This document shows, piece by piece, positions 51,359 through 61,678 of a stretch of DNA of 64,000 nt (the first letter of the stretch is position 1; the number at the start of each line of letters is the position of its first letter). Where the stretch lies: assembly GCA_965199825.1 (NCBI GenBank), contig OZ241329.1, positions 2,144,001-2,208,000 on the forward strand, given 5' to 3'. The position numbers were made by a program, and so were the translations under genes. The DNA comes from Bdellovibrionales bacterium. Lineage in GTDB: Bacteria > Bdellovibrionota > Bdellovibrionia > Bdellovibrionales > UBA1609. The notes beneath the pieces are model-generated. The model worked only from the letters and a program-made list of their open reading frames with translations. It was not told the origin of the DNA and ran no database searches.

Positions 51359-51610
51359 TCAAATTTTATTCATCAGCTCGCCACTTTGTTCCAGCGCCGA
51401 AAGCTCTGAAAACCCACCAATAAATTCGTCTTTGATAAAAATTTGGGGGATGGTTCGCATTCCGGTGCGGGCTCTTAGGGCATTGACCTCATCATCTTTG
51501 CCATCGAGATCGATTTCATTAAACGGAATATTTTTGCTCTTTAAAAGATTCTTGGCTCGAATGCAAAATGGGCAGTTGCTCCAGGTGTAAACCGTAACTG
51601 TTGGGCTCAT
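51359..51610 (-). CDS. grxC: Dithiol glutaredoxin
   Basis: CPFC, TIPQIFI, IGGF. Confidence 0.9.
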   Translation of the reverse strand: MSPTVTVYTWSNCPFCIRAKNLLKSKNIPFNEIDLDGKDDEVNALRARTGMRTIPQIFIKDEFIGGFSELSALEQSGELMNKI

Positions 51611-52529
51611 GACAGGTCTCCAGACTTTTTGTTAATTCGATGAGAGATTCAGAACGTTTGATCTTTTCAAAAACAATTTTGGCTTCTAAAAAATTTCGGC
51701 TGAGAAGCTTGGTCCACTGTTTGACTCGGGTCACTGCGAAGTGCTCATGCCTAAATTCTTTAGAAAAGGTCGCAAATTTTTGTAACATCAAAACCATCTC
51801 ATCCCAATCAACTTTTTTTCCACCCCGGAGTTCTCGGGCGAGGCTCGGTTGGGCCACAAGTCCTCTGCCTAGAGCAAAGCGCTCACAGCCAGTCACAGAT
51901 TGGCAGCGCGAAAAATCATCGATGGACCAAATCTCACCATTGGCGATCACCGGGATTTTTATATGTTGGCGCATGTACTTGATATATTCCCAGTGAGCGG
52001 GGGGCTTATAGCCCTCAAGTTTTGTGCGAGCATGAACAGTCAATTCGCTTGCACCCCCGCGCTCGACTTCTGAGGCGATCTCGAGATGAAAATCTTTATG
52101 CTCAAATCCCAGTCGCACTTTGGCGGTCACCGGCACTGAGACATTTTGTTTCACCTGATCGACACATTCAAAAAGTCGTGAAGGCATTTTGAGTAAAGCC
52201 GCACCCCCGTCGTGACGATTGACCGTTTTTGCAGGGCAGCCAAAATTAAGATCAATTCCGAGGGCGCCGGCCTCCACAGCCGCCTTGGCATTGAGGCCCA
52301 ACCAATTGGGTTTTCCACCAAGGAGTTGCAAATAAACAGGGGTGCCCTCAAAAGTGCGCCCTCCAGTTTCGAGTTCAGGGCAATACTTGATAAAAGTTTT
52401 TTTGGGCAAAAGTTGATCTGTGACTCTCACAAACTCGGTCACATAGCGGTCGATCCCGCCGATCTCTGAGAGCAATCGACGCATGCAGTAGTCAACCACT
52501 CCTTCCATAGGGGCTTGATTCAGGATCAT
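51519..52529 (-). CDS. dusC: tRNA-dihydrouridine synthase (DusC-like)
   Basis: APMEG, TEFVRV, DLNFGCPAKTV, HARTK, PPAHW, ANGEIW. Confidence 0.88.
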   Translation of the reverse strand: MILNQAPMEGVVDYCMRRLLSEIGGIDRYVTEFVRVTDQLLPKKTFIKYCPELETGGRTFEGTPVYLQLLGGKPNWLGLNAKAAVEAGALGIDLNFGCPAKTVNRHDGGAALLKMPSRLFECVDQVKQNVSVPVTAKVRLGFEHKDFHLEIASEVERGGASELTVHARTKLEGYKPPAHWEYIKYMRQHIKIPVIANGEIWSIDDFSRCQSVTGCERFALGRGLVAQPSLARELRGGKKVDWDEMVLMLQKFATFSKEFRHEHFAVTRVKQWTKLLSRNFLEAKIVFEKIKRSESLIELTKSLETCHEPNSYGLHLEQLPILHSSQESFKEQKYSV

Positions 52530-52963
52530 TGGGTGAGCTCTTCAAAATCAGATTTTTCAACCGGGGTGATCGAGAGGCGATTGCCTTTTTTTAAAATTGC
52601 AAGCTCAGGAGTTTTGGTTTTGATTTCGTTTAAAGGCAAAAAATCGAGCGTTTTAACAAACTCAATTTCAACACAAAACCAGCGCGGATTTTGTTTGCTA
52701 CTTTTGGGATCAAAAAATTCTCCCTTGATTTCAAACTGGGTGGGATCACTTTGAGCTGGCCTTTTGACTTTTGCCACACCCGAAATTCCTGGGGGTGTAC
52801 AATTGGAATGATAAAATAAGATGAGATCGCCCGGTTTCATCTCGTTCATCATAAAATTGCGGGCTTGGTAATTTCGAATCCCAGTCCAAAGGGTTGATTT
52901 TACTTTTTTAAGATCTTCAATCGAAAAACTTGAAGGTTCAGATTTCATCAGCCAATAGCGCAT
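52526..52963 (-). CDS. EVE domain protein
   Basis: YWLMKSEP, WTGIRNYQARNFM, FYHSN, RLSITPV. Confidence 0.93.
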   Translation of the reverse strand: MRYWLMKSEPSSFSIEDLKKVKSTLWTGIRNYQARNFMMNEMKPGDLILFYHSNCTPPGISGVAKVKRPAQSDPTQFEIKGEFFDPKSSKQNPRWFCVEIEFVKTLDFLPLNEIKTKTPELAILKKGNRLSITPVEKSDFEELTQ

Positions 52964-53039
52964 AAGAGCTGTTGAACCTAACCAACATTGACCGCTTGCT
53001 CAATCTAGTTTTTTATAAGCCCTAAAAAGGAGAACTTGA

Positions 53040-54443
53040 ATGGCGTCACGAATTGAAAAAGATAGCATGGGCGAAATCGCAGTGCCCCAAAATAGCTTGT
53101 GGGGAGCCCAGACCCAGCGCTCGATCGAAAATTTTAAGATTGGCGGCGATCGATTTCCGCGCGCGATGATTCGGGCCTTAGGGATCCTAAAAAAAGCGGC
53201 GGCCTTGGCCAATGCCGACCTCAAACTTCTTGATCTTGAAAAATCAAAAAAAATTGCTAAGGCCGCAGACGAGGTGATCGAGGGAAAATTGGATGAGCAA
53301 TTTCCACTCGTCGTTTGGCAAACGGGTAGCGGCACCCAAACCAATATGAATGCCAACGAGGTGATTGCCAACCGTGCGATCCAAATTGGCGGAGGACAAA
53401 TTGGTGATAAGAGTGTGCATCCCAATGATGACGTCAATAAAGCCCAATCGAGCAACGACACCTTTCCCACTGCGATGCACATTGCAGCCGCCGAAATGGT
53501 GCATCACCAACTTTTGCCAGCTTTACAAAAAATTGAAGCAGGGCTTTTGATCAAACAAAAAGAATTTAGCTCAATTGTTAAAATTGGCCGTACCCATTTG
53601 ATGGATGCGGTCCCTTTAACCCTGGGGCAAGAATTTTCTGGCTACATTCAACAGGTCAAAATGGCTCAAGTGCGACTCAAATCAAATTTAGAACCGGTTT
53701 ATGAGCTTGCTCTCGGCGGAACCGCTGTGGGTACAGGTCTCAATACGCATCCCGATTTTTCACAAAAAGCCTGTGAGCAAATTGCTTCAGAAACCGGTCT
53801 GCCATTTCGATCGGCCCCCAATAAATTTGAGGCTTTAGCTGCTCATGATGCGATGGTGCAACTCAGTGGAACCTTAAAAACCATCGCTTGCTCGTTTATG
53901 AAGATCGCAAATGATTTTCGTTTACTCGGCAGCGGTCCGCGCTGTGGATTTGGTGAACTGTTTTTACCCGCCAATGAGCCCGGCAGCTCGATCATGCCCG
54001 GAAAAGTCAACCCCACCCAATCTGAAGCGATGACTATGGTCTGCGCTCAGGTGATCGGCAACGACATGGCCGTTGCGGTTGGTGGCGCCACCGGGCATTT
54101 TGAACTCAATGTTTTTAAGCCGCTGATTATTCATAATGTTTTAAAAAGTATTCAGCTGTTGAGTGATGCGGTGACGTCATTTGACGAGCATTGCGTAAAA
54201 AATGTTAAAGCCAACACCTCACAAATCGAAAAGCATCTCGAAAATTCTTTGATGCTGGTGACAGCACTCAATCCTTATATCGGCTACGACAAGGCAGCTA
54301 AAATCGCAAAACTTGCGTTTGATAAAAATTTGACCTTAAAGGCTGCAGCCTTGGAGCTTAAATATTTGTCGGCAGAGGATTTTGACAAATACATTCAGCC
54401 TGATCAAATGCTTGGACCAGGAGCAAATCTTTCTGGAGCTTAA
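53040..54443 (+). CDS. fumC: Class II fumarate hydratase
   Basis: [33 protein letters not shown]. Confidence 0.97.
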   Translation: MASRIEKDSMGEIAVPQNSLWGAQTQRSIENFKIGGDRFPRAMIRALGILKKAAALANADLKLLDLEKSKKIAKAADEVIEGKLDEQFPLVVWQTGSGTQTNMNANEVIANRAIQIGGGQIGDKSVHPNDDVNKAQSSNDTFPTAMHIAAAEMVHHQLLPALQKIEAGLLIKQKEFSSIVKIGRTHLMDAVPLTLGQEFSGYIQQVKMAQVRLKSNLEPVYELALGGTAVGTGLNTHPDFSQKACEQIASETGLPFRSAPNKFEALAAHDAMVQLSGTLKTIACSFMKIANDFRLLGSGPRCGFGELFLPANEPGSSIMPGKVNPTQSEAMTMVCAQVIGNDMAVAVGGATGHFELNVFKPLIIHNVLKSIQLLSDAVTSFDEHCVKNVKANTSQIEKHLENSLMLVTALNPYIGYDKAAKIAKLAFDKNLTLKAAALELKYLSAEDFDKYIQPDQMLGPGANLSGA

Positions 54444-54445
54444 AA

Positions 54446-54988
54446 ATGGATAAGAATATCAGCGTCTTTTGCAGCTCGCTCAACACCTTGGCACCTCTTC
54501 ATTTTGCGGTGACCGAGGATGTGGGGCGCCTGCTCTCAGAACTCAAATTTAGGGTGTATTACGGGGGAACAGATCAAGGTCTTATGGGCTCGCTTGCGAC
54601 AGGTGTAAAAAAAAACGGCGGCGAGCTCGTCGGCATTTTGCCAAAGAGCGAGTATTTTTCTGACAAAGCCTCAAAAGGGCTTAACCATTTGGTTGAGGTC
54701 GAAACCTTAAGTGATCGAAAAAACAAATTAATAGAAGCTTCAACGGTGTGTCTGGTCTTACCTGGAGGCATTGGCACCCTCGACGAGCTCTTTGATGTGC
54801 TTGCTCTCAATAGTGTGTCGCGAGAGAAAAAAACAATTTTACTTTATAATGAGCTTAAATTTTTTGATCCCTTGCTCGATATGCTGGACCTTTACACCGA
54901 GCAAGGCTTCATAAATGCCGAACACTTAAGTATACTCAAGGAAATTAAAAGTCTCGATCATCTCAAAGACTTTCTTGAGGGGCTATGA
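54446..54988 (+). CDS. LOG family phosphoribohydrolase
   Basis: YGG..GLMG, RK, PGGIGTLDE. Confidence 0.88.
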   Translation: MDKNISVFCSSLNTLAPLHFAVTEDVGRLLSELKFRVYYGGTDQGLMGSLATGVKKNGGELVGILPKSEYFSDKASKGLNHLVEVETLSDRKNKLIEASTVCLVLPGGIGTLDELFDVLALNSVSREKKTILLYNELKFFDPLLDMLDLYTEQGFINAEHLSILKEIKSLDHLKDFLEGL

Positions 54989-55836
54989 CCATCGCAAAAA
55001 AATTTGATTGGCTCGATGGCGATCAAATTCGTCCATATGTTTATGTGCGACCCGAAAATGAAATTGAATCACCCGGCACCTTTGCTCAGTGCGATTGGTT
55101 TCCATTTGCGCCAATAAAAAAAAATCCCTTAAAAGTCTCAGAAGTCGATTTTGCCAACCAAATTTTGAATCTTGAGGCGAGCGCATTCCATAGTTCGCAG
55201 ATGGCCATGCCGCGATGGGTTTTTTTTGATTGTGCAATTATGCCGGGCATTGTGACCGGATTTGCCACTCGCACAAAAAATTTAAATCAAAAAATGATCG
55301 ATCTCTTAAAGCCCGATCCAAAGTCGGAGTGGTCGCCGCTTTCCTTATTTATAATTATTCCGACCAGCGGCAAAGAGTGGGTGGCTCATAACTTGTGTTC
55401 GATCAATTCGGAACTTGATCCTGTCGATCAGTTTTATGGACTTGGATTTTTGTCTAAGGCTTTTGGACTGTGGTACGCCAATATCGAAGTGTGTTGCGGT
55501 ATGACTCAATGGAACGGCCATGCCCTCAAACTTCATTCACACTATGGTGCGCTCGAAGTTCTGACATCTTATACCCCTGTTCATTCTTTTCCAGAGACTT
55601 TGACCTACCGACTCAAAGTGGATTCCGATTACTGGAATTGTTTTTTTAATAAAAAGCCCTCGGATCATTTTCATGCGACTTATAAGCCCACATCGCTTCA
55701 AGTGGAGCCTTTAAATGTTTTGAGCCTTCAAAAATTACAAGGTTTGATCGAGCAAGGGGAGGGTCCATTTTTTCTCGACGGTGATGAAATCCGTAAAAAT
55801 GGCAAACCCTCTTTGACAGTCTATCAGTCAAAATGA
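54985..55836 (+). CDS. Hypothetical protein (possible GNAT-like fold)
   Basis: Translationally coupled ORF; QFYGLG resembles acetyl-CoA motif A. Confidence 0.6.
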   Translation: MTIAKKFDWLDGDQIRPYVYVRPENEIESPGTFAQCDWFPFAPIKKNPLKVSEVDFANQILNLEASAFHSSQMAMPRWVFFDCAIMPGIVTGFATRTKNLNQKMIDLLKPDPKSEWSPLSLFIIIPTSGKEWVAHNLCSINSELDPVDQFYGLGFLSKAFGLWYANIEVCCGMTQWNGHALKLHSHYGALEVLTSYTPVHSFPETLTYRLKVDSDYWNCFFNKKPSDHFHATYKPTSLQVEPLNVLSLQKLQGLIEQGEGPFFLDGDEIRKNGKPSLTVYQSK

Positions 55837-55848
55837 TTATATGGCCTG

Positions 55849-56247
55849 ATGCAAACACAACTTCCTCCCGTGGCTCAAAAGGTTTATCAATTTTGTAAGA
55901 AATGTGATTGTGAGCGCTACCATGTGGTTTTGGCTCACGTGGATTCCGAAACCGCGAAACTAGAATGTGAAGTTTGCAAAAAAAAATCGCGGATGAGCAT
56001 CAAGAAAAAAGTGGCCAAGCCCAGAAAGTCGGCGACACCCAAAGTCTCCTCAGCTGATAAATGGAGTGAGCTTATTGAGCGCAACTCCACCGATGCGTCG
56101 CCTTATAATCAAAAATCAAAATATTCGACCAACACCAAAATTGATCACGCCCGTTTTGGATTGGGTGTTGTGACTGGTGTTGTTGGCAATCAAATGGAAG
56201 TTGTTTTTGAAGACGGAATAAAATCTCTCGTTCACAATCGCCCATGA
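55849..56247 (+). CDS. Zn-ribbon plus Lys-rich linker plus UvrD/PcrA C-terminal Tudor-like protein
   Basis: CKKC...CEVC; HARFGLGVV...VVFEDG. Confidence 0.7.
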   Translation: MQTQLPPVAQKVYQFCKKCDCERYHVVLAHVDSETAKLECEVCKKKSRMSIKKKVAKPRKSATPKVSSADKWSELIERNSTDASPYNQKSKYSTNTKIDHARFGLGVVTGVVGNQMEVVFEDGIKSLVHNRP

Positions 56248-57257
56248 AGATTACGACCTACAATTTATGGCATGGGCTCAATGCCCGTGGGACGCTTGAA
56301 TTTGAGCGGCTTGAGCCTCTTGCTCGAACCTTAAATCGCAATATCGAGCAACTGCGCATGATGCAAAAATCAGATTCCCAGATCTTTTTTTTTCAAGAGG
56401 TCAACCCTCTCAGACTTCGGATAAAAGAATTTGAAAAATTAGGTTTTGAAGTCCACGCCCATGCCGACAATTTGGGGCTAAAACTTTTTGGATTTGGTTT
56501 TCCTTCAAACCTCAAGTCCGGTTTGGTGATCGCACTTAAAAAACCCTCAATCTCCAAACTGGTGATGGCCCTTAAACTGAGCGGAACTCCGCTCTCGGTG
56601 GATTCGCCTCTTTTCTCTTTGCAGTTAAAAGAAAATCGCTACGCGCTTTTGGTTGAAACCTTTGTGACCGAAATAGGGCGGGTGCTCCTGGTGAATACCC
56701 ATCTGCATCACGGCCCTGAATTCACCACCGATTTAAAACTAAAGCTTTTAAGTTGGAGTGAATCGGAAAAAGTTCCCTCACGCTTTTTAAAAATCGTCGA
56801 GAAGTCTCTCCTTCAAGGTGAAAAGCGCCGCCTCGCTGAAGTGGATCTTTTATTAAAAACTCTTTTGCCATTAAAATCAGAATACGATGCCATCGTTTTG
56901 GGTGGCGATCTTAATTTTTCACCAAACAGTCCGCTTAAGACTAAACTGATTGAGTTTGGTTTTGTAGACAGTTGCAATAAAGAGTATTTGACCTTTGATA
57001 GCGATCACAACACCACTCATCTGCTCACAAAAGATTTTGAACTTCCTGTAAAGGTTGCAGTCGGGACCCCGGGTGCCAAAAAATTGCGAGTCTTACTCAC
57101 AAACCACGATCAACGCCCCCGCCGGATTGACTATGTCTTTGTGTTTTCGGGCTCTCATCGGGTAAAAGAAATTTCGAGTCATCTTGTGAAATCACCAACC
57201 GAAATCGAAGTCTCCGATCATTATGGTGTGGAGGCCTCTGTCGAGTTTGTAAAATGA
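56244..57257 (+). CDS. Endonuclease/exonuclease/phosphatase family protein
   Basis: TYNL, FQEV, NTHL, GGDLN, RIDYVF, SDH. Confidence 0.88.
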   Translation: MKITTYNLWHGLNARGTLEFERLEPLARTLNRNIEQLRMMQKSDSQIFFFQEVNPLRLRIKEFEKLGFEVHAHADNLGLKLFGFGFPSNLKSGLVIALKKPSISKLVMALKLSGTPLSVDSPLFSLQLKENRYALLVETFVTEIGRVLLVNTHLHHGPEFTTDLKLKLLSWSESEKVPSRFLKIVEKSLLQGEKRRLAEVDLLLKTLLPLKSEYDAIVLGGDLNFSPNSPLKTKLIEFGFVDSCNKEYLTFDSDHNTTHLLTKDFELPVKVAVGTPGAKKLRVLLTNHDQRPRRIDYVFVFSGSHRVKEISSHLVKSPTEIEVSDHYGVEASVEFVK

Positions 57258-57547
57258 AAATGAGAGATCAGATCGAACTTCAGCTTAAAAAATTAAATTC
57301 TGTTCATTTGAGCATCGAAGACGAAAGTCATCAGCACTCAAGAGGCCTTGAAACCCACTTCAAAGTGGTGCTTGTCAGCCAGGTATTTGAAGGGCTCTCT
57401 CGGATTCAGCGCTCGCGCTTGATTCACCAAGAACTTAACAACGAACTTCAAAAAATTCATTCACTCACCACACGATTGTTGACACCCCAAGAATGGCAGC
57501 TCGACAGCACAGTGCCGCAATCGCCCAAATGTCAAAATTCGAAGTAA
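57254..57547 (+). CDS. bolA: BolA family protein
   Basis: DESHQH, ETHFKVVLVS, FEG, IHSL. Confidence 0.88.
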   Translation: MKMRDQIELQLKKLNSVHLSIEDESHQHSRGLETHFKVVLVSQVFEGLSRIQRSRLIHQELNNELQKIHSLTTRLLTPQEWQLDSTVPQSPKCQNSK

Positions 57548-57556
57548 AGGAGCACG

Positions 57557-59236
57557 ATGTCGCACGAAATTATTTATACCATGAAGGGTGTTTCAAAAGT
57601 TTATCCACCCAATCGCTATGTCTTAAAAAATATTTACCTCTCTTATTTTTATGGCGCAAAAATCGGAGTGCTTGGGCTTAACGGCTCGGGGAAATCCTCA
57701 CTCTTAAGAATCATGGCCGCGGTGGACGCTGACTTTTTGGGTGAGGCCTTTCCGGCAAGAGATTTCAGAGTGGGATATCTCGAGCAAGAACCCCATCTCA
57801 ACATGAACAAGTCGGTAAAAGAAAACATCATGGAAGGACTTGGTCCCTTAGGTGGATGGCTTGATGATTTTCAAAAAATTTCTGAAAAGTTTAGTGATCC
57901 CGATCTTGATCCTGACCAAATGGAAAAAATGATTGAGCAGCAAGGAAAGCTGCAAGAAAAAATTGAAGCCGTCGACGGTTGGTCTGTCGACCAGACTCTT
58001 GAGCAAGCCATGGACGCACTTCGTTGCCCTCCGGGCGAGGCTCGAGTGGAGTATCTCTCAGGAGGAGAAAAGCGCCGTGTGGCTCTTGCCCGTTTGCTTC
58101 TGTCAAAACCTGATATTCTCCTTCTTGATGAGCCCACCAACCACTTGGATGCAGAGTCGGTGGGTTGGCTTGAAAATTTCTTGCACGAATTTCCGGGCAC
58201 CGTCATCGCTGTGACCCATGATCGTTATTTTTTGGATAATGTGGCCGGATGGATATTGGAGCTTGATCGTGGTGAGGGGATTCCGTGGAAGGGCAATTAC
58301 TCTTCCTGGCTCGATCAAAAGGATCGCCGTCTCCAACAAGAGCAACGTTCAGATTCGCGTAAATCAAAAACCCTTGAGCGCGAGCTGGAGTGGATTCGGA
58401 TGTCTCCAAAGGCGCGACAAGGAAAATCAAAAGCCAGAATTTCGGCCTACGAAAAATTACTCCAAGAGCCATCGCAAGAAAAACTTCAAGAACTCCAAAT
58501 CTATATTCCACCGGGCCCCCGATTGGGCGATGTGGTGGTCGAAGCCAAAGATGTGGCTAAAGGATTTGATGGAAATTTACTTTACGAAAATCTTAATTTC
58601 TCGATTCCCAAGGGGGCAATCGTTGGTGTGATCGGGCCCAATGGTGCTGGTAAAACCACGCTGTTTCGAATGATCACAGGCCAAGAAACACCAGACAAAG
58701 GAAGTTTCACAGTGGGCTCCACCGTGAAGCTTGCTTACATGGATCAATCTCGCGACGACTTGCAATTGGATAAAACCGTTTTTGAAGAAATTTCGGGCGG
58801 GGAAGATGTGATTCGTTTAGGGGGACGCGAAGTCGCCTCACGAGCGTATTGCTCATGGTTTAATTTTACCGGTACCGATCAGCAAAAACGGGTCAGAGAT
58901 CTTTCGGGTGGTGAAAAAAATCGGATGTACATGGCAAAGATGCTCAAAACCGGTGGCAATCTTTTGTTGCTCGATGAGCCCACCAACGATTTGGACGTCA
59001 ACACGATGAGAGCTTTAGAAGAAGCCCTCTTAGAGTACGCGGGTTGTGCGGTAATTATCAGCCATGATCGTTGGTTTTTAGATCGTGTGTGCACCCATAT
59101 TTTGGCCTTCGAAGGCGACTCGCATGTGGAATGGTACGTGGGCAATTATAGCGAGTACGAAGAAAATCTCAAATCTCGTTTGGGTGTCGACGCCATCACT
59201 CCTAAGCGGATCAAATACCGAAAAATTGTAAACTAA
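57557..59236 (+). CDS. ettA: Energy-dependent translational throttle ABC-F protein
   Basis: Two ABC domains; GAKIGVLGLNGSGKS, ELEWIR..PKARQ, IPPGPRLG. Confidence 0.95.
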   Translation: MSHEIIYTMKGVSKVYPPNRYVLKNIYLSYFYGAKIGVLGLNGSGKSSLLRIMAAVDADFLGEAFPARDFRVGYLEQEPHLNMNKSVKENIMEGLGPLGGWLDDFQKISEKFSDPDLDPDQMEKMIEQQGKLQEKIEAVDGWSVDQTLEQAMDALRCPPGEARVEYLSGGEKRRVALARLLLSKPDILLLDEPTNHLDAESVGWLENFLHEFPGTVIAVTHDRYFLDNVAGWILELDRGEGIPWKGNYSSWLDQKDRRLQQEQRSDSRKSKTLERELEWIRMSPKARQGKSKARISAYEKLLQEPSQEKLQELQIYIPPGPRLGDVVVEAKDVAKGFDGNLLYENLNFSIPKGAIVGVIGPNGAGKTTLFRMITGQETPDKGSFTVGSTVKLAYMDQSRDDLQLDKTVFEEISGGEDVIRLGGREVASRAYCSWFNFTGTDQQKRVRDLSGGEKNRMYMAKMLKTGGNLLLLDEPTNDLDVNTMRALEEALLEYAGCAVIISHDRWFLDRVCTHILAFEGDSHVEWYVGNYSEYEENLKSRLGVDAITPKRIKYRKIVN

Positions 59237-59242
59237 ATTTAG

Positions 59243-59258
59243 CGGCATTCTTTTTGCT
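59243..59258 (+). promoter_or_regulatory. sigma54-type promoter
   Basis: CGGCATTCTTTTTGCT, GC about 13 nt before the ATG at 59271. Confidence 0.6.
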
Positions 59259-59270
59259 CAAACAAAAGGA

Positions 59271-59900
59271 ATGCTAGCTCTTTTATTTATTTCGATGCTC
59301 GGTTGGTCTCAGGACTTTAAAAATTCGTCCGTATTTAAAGAGACCGTTGAAACTTTAAATCCACTTTTTATTGAGAATCAAATTTCTCCCGACGAATTAA
59401 GTTTGATCATGGACCAACTAAAGGTCGCTGCGGCACTGGTTGATGTTCGAGGTCTTTTAACACGTCGTCATAATGAACAAGAACTGAATCTGCTTTTTAG
59501 CCAGACTTCATTCAAAATTATGGAATTAATCAAAAAGCTTAACGACGCTGATCTGAATCAAATGCCTCGAACACTTGGGCAATGGGTCACATCGGGCGAA
59601 CAAGATTCGATTTTGTTCACGCGCCAAACCCAAGTCATACTTTCATCGCTCAGATATATTCAAAGTGTTTTGTTTAGTGCATCGGATGCTGCAAAACTTC
59701 ACCGCCTTGAGGCCAATTATGGTGAAAAGTTGGAGCGAAGCTTTCAGCGATTCAATGTCACTTGCACCGAAGTTTTGGGGCTTTCCCACATTTGGTCAAG
59801 CAATCTCAATGGATTTAAGGTGTTGAGAAGTCTTCTTGAACAAGCCTCTCGCTCTTATGAAATTGGGGTTAAAAACAACCTTCGTTCACGATCTGAATAG
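59271..59900 (+). CDS. Secreted helical hypothetical protein
   Basis: MLALLFISMLGWSQ short signal-like start. Confidence 0.7.
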   Translation: MLALLFISMLGWSQDFKNSSVFKETVETLNPLFIENQISPDELSLIMDQLKVAAALVDVRGLLTRRHNEQELNLLFSQTSFKIMELIKKLNDADLNQMPRTLGQWVTSGEQDSILFTRQTQVILSSLRYIQSVLFSASDAAKLHRLEANYGEKLERSFQRFNVTCTEVLGLSHIWSSNLNGFKVLRSLLEQASRSYEIGVKNNLRSRSE

Positions 59901-60356
59901 TTGAGCTAAGGGGCGGTAGGCATCAGCCACGCCTAAAAAATCATCGCTTGATCCGCCGTGGTCGGGATGAGCCGAAAAGCTTTTTCTGCGATAAAGTTTT
60001 TTAAGATGATCTTCGGTCAGAGTTTCTAGGTCACCGCCGCCCAATACTTGAAGGCATGCTTGCTCGAGAACATCGAGTTCTGAGACTTGAATTACCATTT
60101 TTAATTTGGGTCGAGGTGCCATGGGGCGAACGCCATAGAGGGTGCGAGCACGAGTGGTTTTGGATGTTTCAAAATTAAAATGAAGAAGAGGTTCTGCACG
60201 AAACTCAAACTTTGGTTGCTCCATTGTCGAGGGAGTTTCGAGGTTCATATGACTTTTTAAAATCTCTTTGAATGAACTCTTTGGCAGCATAAGAGACTTT
60301 TCGGCACGTTTTGAGATTTTCTCGAGAGTAAATTTCGCTAGACAAGGAGGTTTCAT
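59886..60356 (-). CDS. Protein with C-terminal minimal J-domain (start uncertain)
   Basis: LKKLYRRKSFSAHPDHGGS..F..V..AY. Confidence 0.75.
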   Translation of the reverse strand: MKPPCLAKFTLEKISKRAEKSLMLPKSSFKEILKSHMNLETPSTMEQPKFEFRAEPLLHFNFETSKTTRARTLYGVRPMAPRPKLKMVIQVSELDVLEQACLQVLGGGDLETLTEDHLKKLYRRKSFSAHPDHGGSSDDFLGVADAYRPLAQLFRS

Positions 60357-60427
60357 CCAGTATCATGTCCAGGAGGGTTTAACGCGATTTCATAAACAAA
60401 TTTCTTATTCATCTGGAGGGTAAGACA

Positions 60428-60817
60428 ATGGCAACCGCAACAAAGAAAAAAACATCGAAGAAAGCACCGGTAAAAAAAGCGGCTAAGACAGCTGATAAAC
60501 CAGCTGCTAAGGCTGCAAAAAAAACCGCAGCTCCAAAAAAAGCGGCAACAAGCAAAAAAGCTTCTGGACGTAAGCCAAACGCCGCATTTATGCGTCCTTT
60601 GACTCCAAGTGCAGCTCTAGCCGAAGTGGTGGGCGCAAAACCTCTACCACGTACAGAGGTTGTAAAAAAACTCTGGGCTTACATCCGTAAAATGAATCTT
60701 CAGGATCCAAAAAATCGTCGCAACATCAATGCGGATGCAAAACTCAAAACGATTTTTGGCAAAGCCACAGTTTCAATGTTTGAAATGACAAAAATTGTTT
60801 CAAAACACCTGACCTGA
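60428..60817 (+). CDS. SWIB/MDM2 domain protein with histone H1-like Lys/Ala-rich N-tail
   Basis: GGAGGG RBS; KKAAKT/KKTAAP tail; PRTEVVKKLWAYI, NLQDPKNRR, MFEMTK. Confidence 0.92.
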   Translation: MATATKKKTSKKAPVKKAAKTADKPAAKAAKKTAAPKKAATSKKASGRKPNAAFMRPLTPSAALAEVVGAKPLPRTEVVKKLWAYIRKMNLQDPKNRRNINADAKLKTIFGKATVSMFEMTKIVSKHLT

Positions 60818-60836
60818 AGCCGTCTCGTCTTTAAAT

Positions 60837-60869
60837 AAAAAAGCTCGCTGATCTCGGCGGGCTTTTTTT
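60837..60869 (+). terminator. Rho-independent terminator (possibly bidirectional)
   Basis: AAAAAAGCTCGCTGA-TC-TCGGCGGGCTTTTTTT. Confidence 0.8.
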
Positions 60870-60899
60870 ATTTGTGCTCCTCTGATACTAATTCTTCCA

Positions 60900-61655
60900 A
60901 TGACACCTCTTAATTCTGACGAAATAAAATTAATGAAAGCCTCGTGCCAGCTGGCAGCCCGTCTCTTAGAGCATGTGGGTCGGTTTGTAACGGTCGGCGT
61001 ATCAACCAATGAACTCAATCAAATAGCTGATGAATTTACCCGCTCTCACGGCGCCACGCCTGCGCCACTCGGGTATCATGGCTTTCCCAAATCGATTTGC
61101 ACCTCGATCAATTCTTGTGTGTGTCACGGAGTGCCTGATGAAACCAAACTTCAATCGGGCGATATCATCAATGTGGATGTGACCACTTTGCTCAATGGAT
61201 TTTACGGCGATACCTCGGCCACTTTTTTCGTGGGCCAAAAAACCTTGCAAGCCGAACGGCTTGTTCAGTGCGCCAAGGATGCAATGTTTAAAGGAATCGA
61301 TGAGGTCCTGCCTTTTGCGACCACTGGCGATATTGGTTTTGCGGTAAATAAATTTGTGAGCAAACAAGGATACACCACGGTCAAAGACATCGGGGGCCAC
61401 GGTATTGGTCGCACTTTTCATGATGATCCCTTTGTGCCGTCCTACGGCAAAAAAGGTCGTGGTGAAAAATTAAGGCCTTGGTGCTGTTTGACGGTTGAGC
61501 CCATGATCAACGAAACCGCAGCAAAGTTAATCGAAAAGCCAATTCCTGGATCTACAATAAAATATTACGAAACCGCAGACAGTTGTCTCTCGGCGCAATT
61601 TGAACACACAATATTGATCACAGATAAAGGACATGAGATCTTAACGCTCTTGTAA
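60900..61655 (+). CDS. map: Methionine aminopeptidase type I
   Basis: [35 protein letters not shown]. Confidence 0.96.
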   Translation: MTPLNSDEIKLMKASCQLAARLLEHVGRFVTVGVSTNELNQIADEFTRSHGATPAPLGYHGFPKSICTSINSCVCHGVPDETKLQSGDIINVDVTTLLNGFYGDTSATFFVGQKTLQAERLVQCAKDAMFKGIDEVLPFATTGDIGFAVNKFVSKQGYTTVKDIGGHGIGRTFHDDPFVPSYGKKGRGEKLRPWCCLTVEPMINETAAKLIEKPIPGSTIKYYETADSCLSAQFEHTILITDKGHEILTLL

Positions 61656-61678
61656 CTTTAAAAAAAAGGACGACACAT

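Noticed and set aside
53000..53482. 160-aa minus-strand ORF
   Set aside because: Antisense shadow of fumC; the same applies to shadow ORFs inside ahcY, ettA, rimK and map
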